From NCBI GenBank assembly GCA_003282225.1, contig QBZO01000001.1:2754-66753 (forward strand): a stretch of 64,000 nucleotides of DNA, given 5' to 3'. Below, one piece after another: positions 10,924 through 23,131 of this stretch. The notes under the pieces are model-generated. The model ran no database searches. It was given only the letters and a program-made list of their open reading frames with translations, and was not told the origin of the DNA. Source of the DNA: Prochlorococcus sp. AG-335-I21 (GTDB lineage Bacteria; Cyanobacteriota; Cyanobacteriia; PCC-6307; Cyanobiaceae). Every line of letters begins with the position of its first letter. Position 1 is the first letter of the stretch. The position numbers and the translations under genes are program-made.

Positions 10924-11436
10924 CTAACAACCAAGACTATATTCTGTACTTTCTCCTGTCGAACTATTAGTACCATTTGCTATTTCACATAATTCTTTTT
11001 GTTGTATACGGCTAAGAACTGCATTCGTAAAATCTGCGCCCTCAATCTTAGCTCCTTCAAAATTACTTTCCATTAATAAAGCATTTGTGAAATTCACATC
11101 AGAAAGATCTGCGTCTGTAAAATCTGTTGCATATGCTAAAGCGTCAGTAAGGTTAGCTCCAGTCATAGTTGCGTTTTGCAATTTACTATTATTAAAAACT
11201 GCGCCCTCCAAGTTACTTTGACTAAAATCAAATCCATTTAAATTGAACTTTACAAATTCATTACCACTTAGATCTTGACCATGCATATCTTCCTCTAAAT
11301 CAAGGTCTTGCTGGTTTCTTATTTCTGGAGGTCGTTTAGCCCAAGCAGAGTTTACAAAATTAAAAAATAGTATTCCAATAAAAAATATAGTTATTAAAGC
11401 ATTCTTGAGGGAAGGAAAATTAATTGATTTAATCAT
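10924..11436 (-). CDS. Pentapeptide repeat protein (exported or lumenal)
   Basis: Signal peptide, A(D/N)LXX repeats, C-terminal LC...TEYSLGC. Confidence 0.92.
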   Translation of the reverse strand: MIKSINFPSLKNALITIFFIGILFFNFVNSAWAKRPPEIRNQQDLDLEEDMHGQDLSGNEFVKFNLNGFDFSQSNLEGAVFNNSKLQNATMTGANLTDALAYATDFTDADLSDVNFTNALLMESNFEGAKIEGADFTNAVLSRIQQKELCEIANGTNSSTGESTEYSLGC

Positions 11437-11498
11437 AATAAAAATGTATTTTAGATCTAGGGTTTTAAAGTTTGTATTACCATCTTAAAGGAAAATAT

Positions 11499-12116
11499 AT
11501 GGCAATGTCACTAAAGGTTATTGTTCCTCCTCATCCATTAATAAAACATTGGCTTTCAATTTTAAGAGAGAAAAATACTCCTAATATTTTATATTCAACT
11601 GGCTATGAACAATTAGGAAAATGGCTAACTTATGAAGCGTTAAGAGATTGGCTTCCATATAAAAAAGAGTCGATAAAAACAGATAATGGAGAGGCAGAAG
11701 GTGTTTTTATAAATAATGATTATCCAATAAAAGTAATAGCGATAATGCCTGAAGGATTATCCCTATGGTACGGAGCAAAAGAAGTGATCCCAAATTCAAC
11801 TCTATTGTTAGGAGAATTACCAACAAAGATCGAAGAAAATGTTGGTGTTATGGTTTATTCAGATCAAATAAAGATGAAATCAAATCCAATTGAAACTCTT
11901 ATTAAGTTAAAAAGGTTAGGGGTTGAATCTAATAGGATTTTATTAATATCATCTATTTGCAGCAATAAAGGTCTAAATGAAATTGCAAAGATATTTCCTC
12001 AACAAGTTATATATACATCTTGTATTGATGAAGAAGACGAAAATTCAAATTTGTTGAAGCCTGGAATTGGAAACCCTTTATTGCGTTTGAGTACTATATT
12101 TTCAGATAAGAACTAA
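11499..12116 (+). CDS. upp: Uracil phosphoribosyltransferase-like protein with degenerate motifs
   Basis: PPHPLIKHWL, LTYEALRDWLP and PGIG are recognisable; the PRPP-binding motif is not. Confidence 0.75.
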   Translation: MAMSLKVIVPPHPLIKHWLSILREKNTPNILYSTGYEQLGKWLTYEALRDWLPYKKESIKTDNGEAEGVFINNDYPIKVIAIMPEGLSLWYGAKEVIPNSTLLLGELPTKIEENVGVMVYSDQIKMKSNPIETLIKLKRLGVESNRILLISSICSNKGLNEIAKIFPQQVIYTSCIDEEDENSNLLKPGIGNPLLRLSTIFSDKN

Positions 12117-12145
12117 GATATAATATAAATAGAAATTAATTACCA

Positions 12146-12436
12146 ATGTCTGAATATAGAGATTCGTCTTCAAATAATTTTTTATCTTTAATAAGTGGGG
12201 CTTTTATCGGAGCAGCAGGTTTGGCATGGTGGTTAATCTCCGAAGCAGATAAAAGAAAAGAAGAAAAGAAACAAAAAGCAATGATGTATTCATCTAGAAT
12301 TCAAGATGGTTCAGAGGCTATTGACACTAACGAAAGCATTAAAGACGTTGAAGGGGATAAATTAGAGCAGAAAGTTGAAGAGCTTAATTCTGCAATTGCT
12401 GATGTAAGGAGGCAACTTGAGGAGTTAGGACAATAA
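12146..12436 (+). CDS. Membrane-anchored coiled-coil hypothetical protein
   Basis: GAFIGAAGLAWWL TM segment plus C-terminal heptads. Confidence 0.8.
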   Translation: MSEYRDSSSNNFLSLISGAFIGAAGLAWWLISEADKRKEEKKQKAMMYSSRIQDGSEAIDTNESIKDVEGDKLEQKVEELNSAIADVRRQLEELGQ

Positions 12437-12459
12437 AATAAAAAAGGTTCTCAAATCAT

Positions 12460-14139
12460 ATGAATAAATTAAGATCTTCTGCAATAACTCAAGGTGTCCA
12501 AAGATCTCCCAACAGATCAATGTTAAGAGCTGTTGGCTTTAGTGATGAAGATTTTACTAAACCTATTATTGGAGTTGCAAACGGATTTAGTACTATAACA
12601 CCATGCAATATGGGGCTAAATAAGTTAGCTCTAAAAGCTGAAGAGTCAATAAGAGAAGCAGGAGGAATGCCTCAGATGTTCGGAACCATCACCGTAAGTG
12701 ATGGAATCTCTATGGGAACAGAGGGAATGAAATATTCCCTAGTTTCAAGAGAGGTTATAGCTGATTCAATCGAAACAGCATGCAATGCGCAAAGTATGGA
12801 TGGAGTTTTAGCTATTGGAGGTTGTGATAAAAATATGCCAGGAGCAATGATTGCAATTGCAAGAATGAATATCCCATCAATATTTATTTATGGAGGAACA
12901 ATAAAACCTGGCAAATTAAATGGTGAAGATCTTACAGTTGTCAGTGCATTTGAAGCTGTTGGGCAATTAACTTCTGGGAAAATAAATGAGAAGAGATTAA
13001 TTGAAGTTGAAAAAAATTGTATCCCAGGAGCTGGGAGTTGTGGAGGAATGTTTACAGCTAACACTATGTCTGCCGTTATAGAAGTCTTGGGTTTAAGTCT
13101 TCCGTATAGTTCAACAATGGCAGCTGAAGATTATGAGAAGGAAGTTAGCGCTGAAAAAAGTGCTGAAATATTAGTTGATGCAATTAGAAAAGACATTAGA
13201 CCTTTAACTCTCATGACTAAAGAATCATTTGAGAATGCAATATCTGTCATTATGGCAATTGGAGGTTCAACTAATGCCGTTCTCCATATATTAGCGATAG
13301 CAAATACAGCAGGTATAGATATCAATATTGATGATTTCGAAAGAATAAGACAAAAAGTTCCTGTAATTTGCGACTTAAAACCCAGCGGTAAATACGTAAC
13401 AGTCGATCTTCATAAAGCAGGTGGAATCCCACAAGTTATGAAAATACTCCTAAACGCAGGTTTGATAAATGGTAAATGTAGAAACATAGAGGGTAAAACA
13501 ATAGTTGAATCCTTAAATGATATTCCAGATAAACCTCCAGAGAATCAGGATGTCATTCGAGATATTGATAATCCGCTTTATAAAAAAGGTCACTTAGCGA
13601 TTCTAAAAGGTAACTTAGCCTCGGAAGGTTGTGTAGCAAAAATTAGTGGAATAAAGAATCCTGTATTAAAAGGACCTGCTCGCATTTTTGAGAGTGAGGA
13701 GGATTGTCTCAAATCAATTTTGAATAATGATATTAAAGCTGGTAATGTTGTTGTTATAAGAAATGAAGGTCCTGTGGGCGGACCAGGGATGAGAGAAATG
13801 TTGGCACCAACATCCGCAATTGTTGGGCAAGGACTTGGAGAAAAAGTAGCTCTAATAACTGATGGTAGATTTAGTGGAGGCACCTATGGCCTAGTTGTTG
13901 GCCATATTGCACCAGAGGCAGCAGTTGGAGGAAATATAGCGTTAATAAAAGAAGGCGATTTAATAACTGTTGATGCGACAAACCAATTAATCGAAGTTGA
14001 ATTATCTGATGAGGAATTAGAAATGAGAAGAATTAACTGGGAAAAGCCTAGAAAAAAATATAAAAAAGGAGTTCTTTCTAAATATTCAAGAATTGTTAGC
14101 ACCTCAAGCCTAGGAGCCGTTACAGATTTGGAAGAATAA
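12460..14139 (+). CDS. ilvD: Dihydroxy-acid dehydratase
   Basis: [38 protein letters not shown]. Confidence 0.98.
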   Translation: MNKLRSSAITQGVQRSPNRSMLRAVGFSDEDFTKPIIGVANGFSTITPCNMGLNKLALKAEESIREAGGMPQMFGTITVSDGISMGTEGMKYSLVSREVIADSIETACNAQSMDGVLAIGGCDKNMPGAMIAIARMNIPSIFIYGGTIKPGKLNGEDLTVVSAFEAVGQLTSGKINEKRLIEVEKNCIPGAGSCGGMFTANTMSAVIEVLGLSLPYSSTMAAEDYEKEVSAEKSAEILVDAIRKDIRPLTLMTKESFENAISVIMAIGGSTNAVLHILAIANTAGIDINIDDFERIRQKVPVICDLKPSGKYVTVDLHKAGGIPQVMKILLNAGLINGKCRNIEGKTIVESLNDIPDKPPENQDVIRDIDNPLYKKGHLAILKGNLASEGCVAKISGIKNPVLKGPARIFESEEDCLKSILNNDIKAGNVVVIRNEGPVGGPGMREMLAPTSAIVGQGLGEKVALITDGRFSGGTYGLVVGHIAPEAAVGGNIALIKEGDLITVDATNQLIEVELSDEELEMRRINWEKPRKKYKKGVLSKYSRIVSTSSLGAVTDLEE

Positions 14140-14156
14140 TCTCCTAATAAACTGTT

Positions 14157-14543
14157 CTAAGTAATAAAATTTTTTATCCTCGTAGCAAGATTCTCCAATC
14201 TTGAACTATATTTTGGTGAAGAGCATTTTTTGCCATCACGACTATTCATCCATATTGTTTTCACACCACTCCATAAAATAGGTTCATCAGGAAAGTTCAG
14301 CTTTGAAATAACTAAAACTAATTCACTGTTTGATTTAAAAAGTTCCAATTCAAGATCATAAATATCCAATCGTTTCCCTTCATTATCTCTACATAAAATA
14401 TTTACAGTTAAATCAATATCCTCATTATCTCTCTCATATTCCCCATTAATCTTTACGACTGAGTGCAAAAAAGGTTTATTTGTTAAATCTGCAGACTTAG
14501 CAATTAAAGTATTAAATTTTTCATCAAAATCTTCAAAGAACAC
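14157..14543 (-). CDS. Conserved hypothetical protein
   Basis: 128-aa ORF overlapping the CIA30 gene stop. Confidence 0.75.
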   Translation of the reverse strand: MFFEDFDEKFNTLIAKSADLTNKPFLHSVVKINGEYERDNEDIDLTVNILCRDNEGKRLDIYDLELELFKSNSELVLVISKLNFPDEPILWSGVKTIWMNSRDGKKCSSPKYSSRLENLATRIKNFIT

Positions 14544-15081
14544 TGATTGATTTTATTAAAATTTTTATTGGACCCGATTTGAATCCATCATTAAGTAGAC
14601 CATCATCTCCAAATTTTGAATGCAGCAGTTGTAATCTCTTAATTTTTGATGGTTTGAATTTGAAAGGGAAACGGACCTTATTAGCTCTTACTGAGGGACT
14701 AAGAGAAATAAAAGGAATTTGAATATTAGTTGTTCCAAATTTTTTAGTAGGAAATGATTTTATCCATCTCAAACCACCAGGAATAAATTCGGTCAGGCCA
14801 AGGATATCATCTTCGCATGCGACTGCAAATTTAAAGGTTCTTCCTTGACCATCTATTTTTAATTCAAAAGATTGATAGTCGTTAATATCTAATGAAGGTT
14901 TATATATTGATGATCTACAACTAACAAAGCCTCCAGCTTTCTCTATGATATTACCCTTTAATAGCAAACCAGAATTTGTATTTTCGCAATAAGCTGAACT
15001 TGAACCACCCATAACAGTATCGTTTAAGGTTTTCCATCCTTCAAACTCTTTTTTCTGGAATAAAACTTTTTTATTACTCAT
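14533..15081 (-). CDS. CIA30 family protein
   Basis: NDTVMGGSS, GGFVSCR, GQGRTFK. Confidence 0.9.
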   Translation of the reverse strand: MSNKKVLFQKKEFEGWKTLNDTVMGGSSSAYCENTNSGLLLKGNIIEKAGGFVSCRSSIYKPSLDINDYQSFELKIDGQGRTFKFAVACEDDILGLTEFIPGGLRWIKSFPTKKFGTTNIQIPFISLSPSVRANKVRFPFKFKPSKIKRLQLLHSKFGDDGLLNDGFKSGPIKILIKSISVL

Positions 15082-15111
15082 TAATTATTTTAGAACTAAT
15101 ATAGACTTTAA

Positions 15112-15840
15112 CTAAACTGATAATTCTTTTAAAGATTCTTCATCGCAAAATATTGATATCTGGTTACTTGATTCAATTAATTTAGAAGGAGTCCTTTCTT
15201 TAGATTCATCTTTATCCAATAACCTCTTGAGTGCTAATTGTTTAGAAGCTCCACTAACTAAAAATATTATATTTGAAGAAGCAGAGAGTACTTTAGGTGT
15301 TAGAGAAATTCTTTTAAGCCCCATACCCTCATTAAAAATTACTAAATCATCGGCATTATTATCTTTCTGATATGGAAATAATGAAGCGGTATGACCATCA
15401 TCCCCAAGGCCCAATAAAGTTAAATCGAAAGATGGAGGTTTACCATTACATTTTTCATTTAATTTAGAAATTAATAAATTTTTAGAGATATTATCGTCAA
15501 CTTTTTTATCACTTAAAATCTCATAAAAGAAGGCTTTAGAACCATATTTAGTTAGCAATGAATTCTTTAACATCAGTGAGTTACTTAATTCAGATTTTGG
15601 ATCAACACACCTCTCATCGCCTAAAAAAATATCAACTTTCTCCCATTCAATGTCTCTTTCTGATAGTAATTGATATACAGATTTAGGAGTTGAACCACCA
15701 CTTACACAAAATTGAAATCTGTCTTTAATTTTTAATGTTTGAACAATTTGATTTTCTATAAAATTTGAGACATTAGATGAGAGTTCAAATTTATCTTTAT
15801 GTATGTATAGTTTGTATCCGCCATGAGATTGTTCAATCAT
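15112..15840 (-). CDS. pgl: 6-phosphogluconolactonase
   Basis: SGGSTP, GDERCV, LGLGDDGHTASLFP; ATG 15840 forms an ATGA overlap with the gnd stop. Confidence 0.96.
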   Translation of the reverse strand: MIEQSHGGYKLYIHKDKFELSSNVSNFIENQIVQTLKIKDRFQFCVSGGSTPKSVYQLLSERDIEWEKVDIFLGDERCVDPKSELSNSLMLKNSLLTKYGSKAFFYEILSDKKVDDNISKNLLISKLNEKCNGKPPSFDLTLLGLGDDGHTASLFPYQKDNNADDLVIFNEGMGLKRISLTPKVLSASSNIIFLVSGASKQLALKRLLDKDESKERTPSKLIESSNQISIFCDEESLKELSV

Positions 15841-17255
15841 TTCATCCATTCAGTATGAAAACTTCCTTCCTTATCAACTCTTTCGTAAGTATGTGAGCCA
15901 AAACAATCTCTCATGGCTTGTACTAAATTTTGAGGGAGTCTGTTTGTTCTGTAACTATTTAAATAATCTAAAGTGCTTGATAAACAAGGCACTGGTATAC
16001 CAGCCTTAGTTGAAGAAGAAACGACACTTGCTAAATTATCAATTCTTGTAGAAATTTCATTGTTGAACCAATCATCAAAAATTAGATTGTTCAAATTTGG
16101 ATCTTTTTGATATGCATCTTGAATCTTTTTTAATAATTTTGATCTTATAATGCAGCCACCTTTCCATATTTGAGCAATAGATGGCATATTTAACTCATAA
16201 TTATAAACTGATGAAGCTTCACTTAATATGTCCATTCCTTGAGCGTAACTTGCAATAGTAGCAAGAACGACCGCATCAAACAAAGGTTTCATACCATTAG
16301 AAATTTCTCCTAAATCAAAATCTTCAATAGCTTCCATCGGAATTGTTTTCTCTATTTCACTACGTTGAACCTTAAGGGAACTCATAACCCTTGCATTTAA
16401 TGAAGCATAAATAGTAGGAACTGATACGCCAAGTTCTAATGCACTAACCACAGTCCATAATCCAGTACCTTTTTGACCCGCTTTATCCAAAATCTTTTCA
16501 ACAACGTCTTCTCCTGTTAATTCGTCTTTAGTGTTTAAGCATATCTCGGTTATTTCAACGAGATAAGAAGCTAATTCATCTGTATTATTCCAAAAACCAA
16601 AAACCTCTGACATTTGTGAACAATTCATATTTTTAACTCTCTTCATAAGGTCATATGCCTCTGCAAGTATCTGTTCAATACCATATTCAATACCGTTATG
16701 AACAGTTTTAACGAAGTGACCTGAACCGCCTGGTCCAACGTAAGCAACACAAGGACCATCTTCAACTTTGGCAGCCATTTTAGTCAATAAACTTTCTATT
16801 GCGTCGTATGAGGCCTTAGTACCTCCTGGCATCATACTTGGGCCCTCCAAAGCTCCTTTGGCGCCACCAGAAACGCCCATTCCTATATAACCAAAGCTTT
16901 TACTTTCAAGTGTCTCTACCCTTCTTTCAGTATCTTTAAACTGAGAATTACCTCCATCAATTAATAAATCACCTTCTTCAAGATATTCAGAAATATTATC
17001 AATAACAGCATCTGTGGCTGCCCCGGCTTTAACCATCATTAAGATTCTTCTTGGTCTTTCTAGTTTATTTACAAATTCTTGAAGTGTTTTAGCACCTTCT
17101 ACATTCTTTCCTAAACCTCTACCTTCTAAGAATTCTTGAGTTTTTGAATAGGTTCTGTTAAAAACTACACTAGAAAATCCATTTCTTTCTGCATTAAGAA
17201 CTAAATTCTCCCCCATAACTCCAAGACCGATTAAACCAAAATGTGCCTTGGGCAT
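15837..17255 (-). CDS. gnd: 6-phosphogluconate dehydrogenase (NADP, decarboxylating)
   Basis: GLGVMG, GVSGG, GHFVKTVHNGIEY, KGTGLW; start at MPKAHFG. Confidence 0.98.
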   Translation of the reverse strand: MPKAHFGLIGLGVMGENLVLNAERNGFSSVVFNRTYSKTQEFLEGRGLGKNVEGAKTLQEFVNKLERPRRILMMVKAGAATDAVIDNISEYLEEGDLLIDGGNSQFKDTERRVETLESKSFGYIGMGVSGGAKGALEGPSMMPGGTKASYDAIESLLTKMAAKVEDGPCVAYVGPGGSGHFVKTVHNGIEYGIEQILAEAYDLMKRVKNMNCSQMSEVFGFWNNTDELASYLVEITEICLNTKDELTGEDVVEKILDKAGQKGTGLWTVVSALELGVSVPTIYASLNARVMSSLKVQRSEIEKTIPMEAIEDFDLGEISNGMKPLFDAVVLATIASYAQGMDILSEASSVYNYELNMPSIAQIWKGGCIIRSKLLKKIQDAYQKDPNLNNLIFDDWFNNEISTRIDNLASVVSSSTKAGIPVPCLSSTLDYLNSYRTNRLPQNLVQAMRDCFGSHTYERVDKEGSFHTEWMK

Positions 17256-17353
17256 AAAAATTAAAAAACGCAATAAATATATATTGCATGCAACTTAGAG
17301 AAATTGCTTAAAAAACATTACTTATGTCAGCGAAAAATGATCGAAAAACTAAA

Positions 17354-18649
17354 TTAAATAATTGTTCCGTTGGCAATGGTTGCATTTTTAACTACAACAA
17401 CAATTCCATTTCTTATATAGAATCCTAAATCTGGTTTATCCGCGTCTTCTACTCTATCCTTATTTACTATCACCACATTATCTCCAATTCTTGCATTCTT
17501 ATCAAGAATTGCTCTTTTTATAGTTGAACCTTCCCCTACTCCAAGAGGCGTCCCGCCACCTTTTCTTAATTCAATCCTCTCTTCTAGCGATTCAAAAAAA
17601 TCAGATCCCATTACAAGAGTATCTTCAATAACAGAATCACTTTCAATTCTACTTCTCACCCCTAAAACACAATGAAAGATGCTACAAGATTTCAAAATAG
17701 TTCCTTCACAAACTATGGAATCAGTAATTTGAGCATCTACAAGTTTTGATGGAGGAAGATATCTAGGCCTAGTATATATAGGAAATTTTTCATCATAAAA
17801 GCTAAACGGAGGTTTTGGTTGTTGTGTTAATGCTAAGTTTGATTCAAAAAATGCACCAATAGTTCCTATATCTTCCCAGTAATCATCAAAAACATAACTC
17901 TTTAATGTATCCCCTCTACTTAATGCCTCAGGAATTATATCTTTACCAAAATCTGTATAACTAGGGAACTTATTTAAAAGATCGAAAAGTGTCTTTCTGC
18001 TGAAAACATAAATACCCATCGAGGCAAGATACGGCTTCTCTTGTGCTGATTCCTTAGTTAATCCGAACTTAGAGGTGTCAACCGCCATTGATTTTAATTT
18101 CTCACCAGTTGGCTTTTCACTAAATTCTTTAATATTACCCAAATCATCTGTTCTCATAAGGCCAAAACCCTCAGCCTGAGATTCATCAACAGGTAAAGCA
18201 GCTACTGTTAAATCAGCACCATTTTCTCTATGATGTTGAACAAATAAACTATAATCCATCCTGTAAAGCTGATCACCAGACAATATTAGATATTCGTCCA
18301 CATCCCACTCTTGGAATAACCATTGATACTTTCTTACGGCATCAGCAGTACCTTCAAACCACTTTGGACTATCAGGAGTTTGCTGAGCGGCAAGAACCTC
18401 CACAAATCCTTGTCCAAAAGGAGCACTTAAATTATATGTTCTCCCGATATGTCTATTAAGAGAAGCACTATTAAACTGAGTTAAGACGTACATTTTATTA
18501 ATCCCAGAATTAATACAATTACTAATTGGGATATCAATCAAACGATATTTACCTGCTAAAGGAACCGCAGGTTTGGCCCTCATTTTTGTTAAGGGATAAA
18601 GCCTAGAACCTTTTCCTCCTCCGAGGATGATTGCCAACACACGCTTCAT
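17354..18649 (-). CDS. glgC: Glucose-1-phosphate adenylyltransferase
   Basis: [31 protein letters not shown]. Confidence 0.98.
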   Translation of the reverse strand: MKRVLAIILGGGKGSRLYPLTKMRAKPAVPLAGKYRLIDIPISNCINSGINKMYVLTQFNSASLNRHIGRTYNLSAPFGQGFVEVLAAQQTPDSPKWFEGTADAVRKYQWLFQEWDVDEYLILSGDQLYRMDYSLFVQHHRENGADLTVAALPVDESQAEGFGLMRTDDLGNIKEFSEKPTGEKLKSMAVDTSKFGLTKESAQEKPYLASMGIYVFSRKTLFDLLNKFPSYTDFGKDIIPEALSRGDTLKSYVFDDYWEDIGTIGAFFESNLALTQQPKPPFSFYDEKFPIYTRPRYLPPSKLVDAQITDSIVCEGTILKSCSIFHCVLGVRSRIESDSVIEDTLVMGSDFFESLEERIELRKGGGTPLGVGEGSTIKRAILDKNARIGDNVVIVNKDRVEDADKPDLGFYIRNGIVVVVKNATIANGTII

Positions 18650-18787
18650 TCAATTTTATGGAGGTATACTCAACTATTAAAATTAACTGATTATGTGCAA
18701 ATTTAAAAATGGAAATTTCCTGTTTACAAAGTTATTTAGAAAAATCTAATGAAAAACTTAATATAAAGTCAGTTATTTTTAATAATT

Positions 18788-20089
18788 TTACTCATCATCA
18801 TCCAAAGAAAACAATTTTTCAACGATTTTTAATGATACTTGTCTTTCTTCTCTTGACTGAGGACTTCTCAATTTAGTTACTGGTGTGTGAAGAATCTTAT
18901 TAATAATCCCTTTAGTTAAAGCCTCTACAACTTTCCTTTCTCTAGCAGAAAAATCGGGTCCCATTCTACTTAATGCCTTTTGTAACTCTTCTTTTCTTAT
19001 TAACTCCAAATCAGATCTTAATTTATTTATAACTGGAACTGCTTCCAAACTAGCCCACCACTCCAAAAAAATGATTCTTTCATCTTTAACTAAAATTTCC
19101 GCCTCTTTTGCTATTTTTTGTCTAAATTCCTGATTTCTAGAAACAACTTCTTCCAAGTCATCTACATCAAAAGACTCTATGAACGCATGTTGTTTAACAT
19201 CATTTGCAATGTTTCTTGGCACACCTATATCAATAAATTTAAGTTTGTTATTTAAACTAATATTTTCAACTCTTGCTAAATCAATAAAAGGTTTTTCAGA
19301 TGCAGTACTTGTGAAGACAAGAGAGGATAAAGATATATTTTCATCCAATTCATTTAAACTCTTGCAATTTATTTCAAGATCTGGGAAATCTTCTGCAAGA
19401 TTAACGGCTCTATCAATATTTCTATTTAAAAGAGTTAGCTTATGACATCCTTTAGATTTCAAATGAGTTATTAAAAGTCTACTCATCCTTCCAGCGCCAA
19501 CGACTAGAACTTTTTCTGATTTCAAATTTACAAGCCCGTCAACACCATGATCCTGACCAATTTTTAATTGGGCCAGTTCTACAGCAGCTGAACTAATTGA
19601 TACAGCACCAGTTCCTAAATTTGTTTCAGACCTAACTTTCTTCCCGGCACTAACTGATTGACTCAATAACCTATTAAGAATTGGCCCAGTAGATTGATTC
19701 TCCTGACCTAATCTCATCATTTTTTTAACTTGCGAGAGTATTTGCCCTTCGCCCAAAACGAGACTATCTAATCCAGCAGAGACTTTCATTAAATGTAAAA
19801 CAGCCTCTTCTTGTCTAAGATCAAAAAGATGAGGATTTAGTTCTTCAAAATTTACGCTCGAGTAATCTATTAAAAATTCTTTAATAGATGAAATACCAAT
19901 ATTTATATCTTTAACAAGAGCGTATATTTCTAACCTATTACAAGTACTTAAAATAGAAACTTCTAAAATATCCGAATAGACCCTCAGAGTTTTTAATGAT
20001 TCTGAAATCGATTGATCAGAAATACTTAACTTCTCTCGCACTTCGACAGGTGCCGTGCGATGACTTAGTCCGACGACAACAATATGCAT
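18788..20089 (-). CDS. hemA: Glutamyl-tRNA reductase
   Basis: STCNRLE, LDSLVLGEGQILSQ, GAGRM, DIGVPRN. Confidence 0.98.
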   Translation of the reverse strand: MHIVVVGLSHRTAPVEVREKLSISDQSISESLKTLRVYSDILEVSILSTCNRLEIYALVKDINIGISSIKEFLIDYSSVNFEELNPHLFDLRQEEAVLHLMKVSAGLDSLVLGEGQILSQVKKMMRLGQENQSTGPILNRLLSQSVSAGKKVRSETNLGTGAVSISSAAVELAQLKIGQDHGVDGLVNLKSEKVLVVGAGRMSRLLITHLKSKGCHKLTLLNRNIDRAVNLAEDFPDLEINCKSLNELDENISLSSLVFTSTASEKPFIDLARVENISLNNKLKFIDIGVPRNIANDVKQHAFIESFDVDDLEEVVSRNQEFRQKIAKEAEILVKDERIIFLEWWASLEAVPVINKLRSDLELIRKEELQKALSRMGPDFSARERKVVEALTKGIINKILHTPVTKLRSPQSREERQVSLKIVEKLFSLDDDE

Positions 20090-20106
20090 AAAACTAAATT
20101 GAAATA

Positions 20107-21108
20107 TTAAAGGCTAATGCTTTTAGCACCATCTTTCATGTGTATTGAATTTGTAAATCTACAAGTACTATCTAATGTACTTATTACAAGGCTACTGGTT
20201 CTAGTACAGTCTTTTTCAAATTTGACTCCGTCAAATAATAGTCCATCAGTAATTCCACTTCCCGCAAAGATCACATTTTCTCCTGATGCAAGTTCATTGG
20301 CCTCGTAAATTTTGTCAATATCAGTAATTCCCATTTCATTTAAACGTTTTATATTTCCTTCTTTTGTATAATCAGCCCATTCGGAAGTTTGCGCAATTGC
20401 AGGGTCATAAACTAACTGTCCTTGAAAATGTCCGCCCAGAGCTCTCATAGCAGCAGCAGATATTACACCTTCTGGAGCTGCCCCAATACCCATTAAGCAA
20501 TGAGTCCCAGTACCTGCAAATCCGCATGCAATTGCAGCTTGAACATCTCCATCAGAAATTGGTTGAATTTTTGCTCCACATTCTCGAATCTCCTTGATCA
20601 AATCTTTATGTCTTGCTCTATCCATAACTACTACAGTAAGTTCATCAATCGCTAGATCTAAGCAATTACTTAAAATCTTTAAATTCTCAGTAGCTGATTT
20701 CCTGATATCTACCTTTCCTTTTGCCGCTGGAGGTGCTGCTAATTTATTCATATAAAAATCAGGTGCATTGAAAAGTCCACCGGTGTCTGATGCAGCTAAT
20801 ACTGCCATGGATCCCCGTTGGTTGTTAGCACAAAGATTAGTTCCTTCGCAAGGGTCTACAGCGAAGTCAACCCCTGGCCCGTTTCCACTACCTACCTCTT
20901 CCCCTATATATAGCATTGGTGCTTCATCACGTTCACCTTCACCTATCACAATTTTCCCTTTCATTTCAATTTTTCCCATTCGCAACCTCATTGCTTCAAC
21001 AGCAGCAGCGTCAGCTTCGTCTTTCTGGCCGAGACCTGTAAGTTTCGCTGATGCGATTGCAGCTTGCTCGACTACTTCGAGAATTTCTTGAATTAAAGTT
21101 TGATTCAC
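20107..21108 (-). CDS. glpX: Class II fructose-1,6/sedoheptulose-1,7-bisphosphatase
   Basis: [27 protein letters not shown]; GTG start at 21108. Confidence 0.97.
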   Translation of the reverse strand: MNQTLIQEILEVVEQAAIASAKLTGLGQKDEADAAAVEAMRLRMGKIEMKGKIVIGEGERDEAPMLYIGEEVGSGNGPGVDFAVDPCEGTNLCANNQRGSMAVLAASDTGGLFNAPDFYMNKLAAPPAAKGKVDIRKSATENLKILSNCLDLAIDELTVVVMDRARHKDLIKEIRECGAKIQPISDGDVQAAIACGFAGTGTHCLMGIGAAPEGVISAAAMRALGGHFQGQLVYDPAIAQTSEWADYTKEGNIKRLNEMGITDIDKIYEANELASGENVIFAGSGITDGLLFDGVKFEKDCTRTSSLVISTLDSTCRFTNSIHMKDGAKSISL

Positions 21109-21295
21109 AATTAAATTTTTAAAAGATTTTCTAAGAGGTTTAAAACATATTCTCATAAAAAATGCCTTTTTTATAAGAATTATTTTGCTAATTAGCTTTT
21201 TTTAACTCTTTGCAGTTGTAACTTTATCAGGCCGCGACTTGAAATTAGGAATAAGCAACCAAATATAGTATCTTTATTAAATATTTAAAAATTAA

Positions 21296-22051
21296 ATGTT
21301 TGAAACCAACTCTAAAAATTCAGTGGGTGTTAATCGACCAATTCAGATAATTCCTTCCGTACTACCAGCAGACTGGGCAAATATGGGGGCATGCGTTAAA
21401 GATCTTGAAGAAGCAGGTGTTGACCGTATTCAATTTGATGTCATGGATGGAAATTTTGTTCCAAATCTTACATTTGGACCCGAAATGATTGCCGCATGCA
21501 GAAAATATTGCGAGGTTCCTTTTGAGACGCAATTAATGGTGAGCCAATATAATTGTGAAACAATGCTCGAGGCATACGTGAAAGCCACCAAAGGCCCAAA
21601 TGGAGAGCCAGGAGTTGTTATAGCTCATGCCGAAGCTAATATTCACCTTCACAGAGTTCTTGGAAAAATAAGAGATCTTGGTGGATCACCATCTGTTGCA
21701 TTAAATCCTCAGACACCATTTGAAATGATTGAAAACATAATGGATATGGTTGATCATGTCTTGGTGATGACAGTTAATCCAGGATTTGGTGGTCAAGCCT
21801 ACATCCCAACAATGTTAAATAAAATAAGAAAGATAAGACAATACGTAATTGAAAAGAGTTTGAATATAGATATTGAAGTTGATGGTGGAATAAAAGCAAA
21901 TTGGACGATTTCACAATGTGCAGAAGCTGGTGCTAATTGTTTCATTGCGGGAAGTGGGATGTTTGCTTATCCAACTTTAAAAGAGGGTTGTGACGAATTA
22001 AGATCAGTTGCTCAAGATGCTCAAAATGGAAAGATAATTTCAGAGACTTAA
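21296..22051 (+). CDS. rpe: Ribulose-phosphate 3-epimerase
   Basis: DVMDGNFVPNLTFG, MTVNPGFGGQ, EVDGG. Confidence 0.97.
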   Translation: MFETNSKNSVGVNRPIQIIPSVLPADWANMGACVKDLEEAGVDRIQFDVMDGNFVPNLTFGPEMIAACRKYCEVPFETQLMVSQYNCETMLEAYVKATKGPNGEPGVVIAHAEANIHLHRVLGKIRDLGGSPSVALNPQTPFEMIENIMDMVDHVLVMTVNPGFGGQAYIPTMLNKIRKIRQYVIEKSLNIDIEVDGGIKANWTISQCAEAGANCFIAGSGMFAYPTLKEGCDELRSVAQDAQNGKIISET

Positions 22052-22069
22052 TACTTTAATAACTGAAAC

Positions 22070-23014
22070 TTAAAGTAAATTAAATATTCCAAATATCCAA
22101 CCATAACTATGTAAACCTACACCTAAGAAATTTACTCCGATGTAACATATGAGTACAACAAAAAAGCCAGAAGTAGCAAGTAATGCAGGTCTTCTACCTT
22201 GCCAACCTCTACTTATTCTCATATGTAAATAGGCAGCATAAAATAACCAAGAGATAAAAGCCCAGGTTTCCTTAGGATCCCAACTCCACCAGGTACCCCA
22301 TGCTTCATTAGCCCAAATAGCTCCAGTAATTAATCCAAGAGTGAGAAGAACAAATCCTACTAATATAGATCGATAACTAAGAGTGTCTAGTTCCTCAGAA
22401 TGAGAAAAATTTATAGGCTCAATTACATTATTAATCGAGTAAGAATTAGATATTTTGAAACCGCCTACCCCTGTAGAACTACTTCTTAGTTGAAGAGGTT
22501 GACTATTATTAATAAACAGTACAGAGGCTGAAAGTAAAGAGCCAATGATAAGGGCGGCATAACTAAGCATGACTACGCTTACATGCATAATTAACCAACT
22601 AGATCTTAATGCTGGAACAAGGTTAGATGATAGCTTTAAATCTTCAGGCAAAACAAAGCAAGCAAAAGCTATGGTTAAAAGTTCAATAGGTATTGCTACT
22701 GCAGGGATTATCGGAGTCGGGTATTCTTTCTCAATCAATAATTGACCTAAAGATATACCCCAAACTAAGAAATAAAGAGATTCATATAAATTACTGATTG
22801 GGAAATGTCCAGAGACGATCCATCTTGAGATAAGCTGTAAAGCTATAAAGAGATTAATTAATATTGTAATTAATCTCACGTAAGAAGAGGATTTTTTATT
22901 AAATAAGGCTAATAGAGAAATAGGCAAATTAATTAATAAAAAATAAAAGATTAAAATGCCTATAGAAGACACTGGATCGTAAATTAAATTTTTGATAAAA
23001 TTATCAAATATCAT
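22070..23014 (-). CDS. ccsA: Cytochrome c biogenesis protein CcsA
   Basis: WWD domain [24 protein letters not shown]. Confidence 0.96.
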   Translation of the reverse strand: MIFDNFIKNLIYDPVSSIGILIFYFLLINLPISLLALFNKKSSSYVRLITILINLFIALQLISRWIVSGHFPISNLYESLYFLVWGISLGQLLIEKEYPTPIIPAVAIPIELLTIAFACFVLPEDLKLSSNLVPALRSSWLIMHVSVVMLSYAALIIGSLLSASVLFINNSQPLQLRSSSTGVGGFKISNSYSINNVIEPINFSHSEELDTLSYRSILVGFVLLTLGLITGAIWANEAWGTWWSWDPKETWAFISWLFYAAYLHMRISRGWQGRRPALLATSGFFVVLICYIGVNFLGVGLHSYGWIFGIFNLL

Positions 23015-23131
23015 CTTTAAAATACAAAACTTTATTAGTGCACTTAAATTATACTTAATTATAAAATAATAAAAAAAAATAAAAAATTCATTCTTATATC
23101 AAATATTTTAATTTATTTCTTAATTAAGTAG

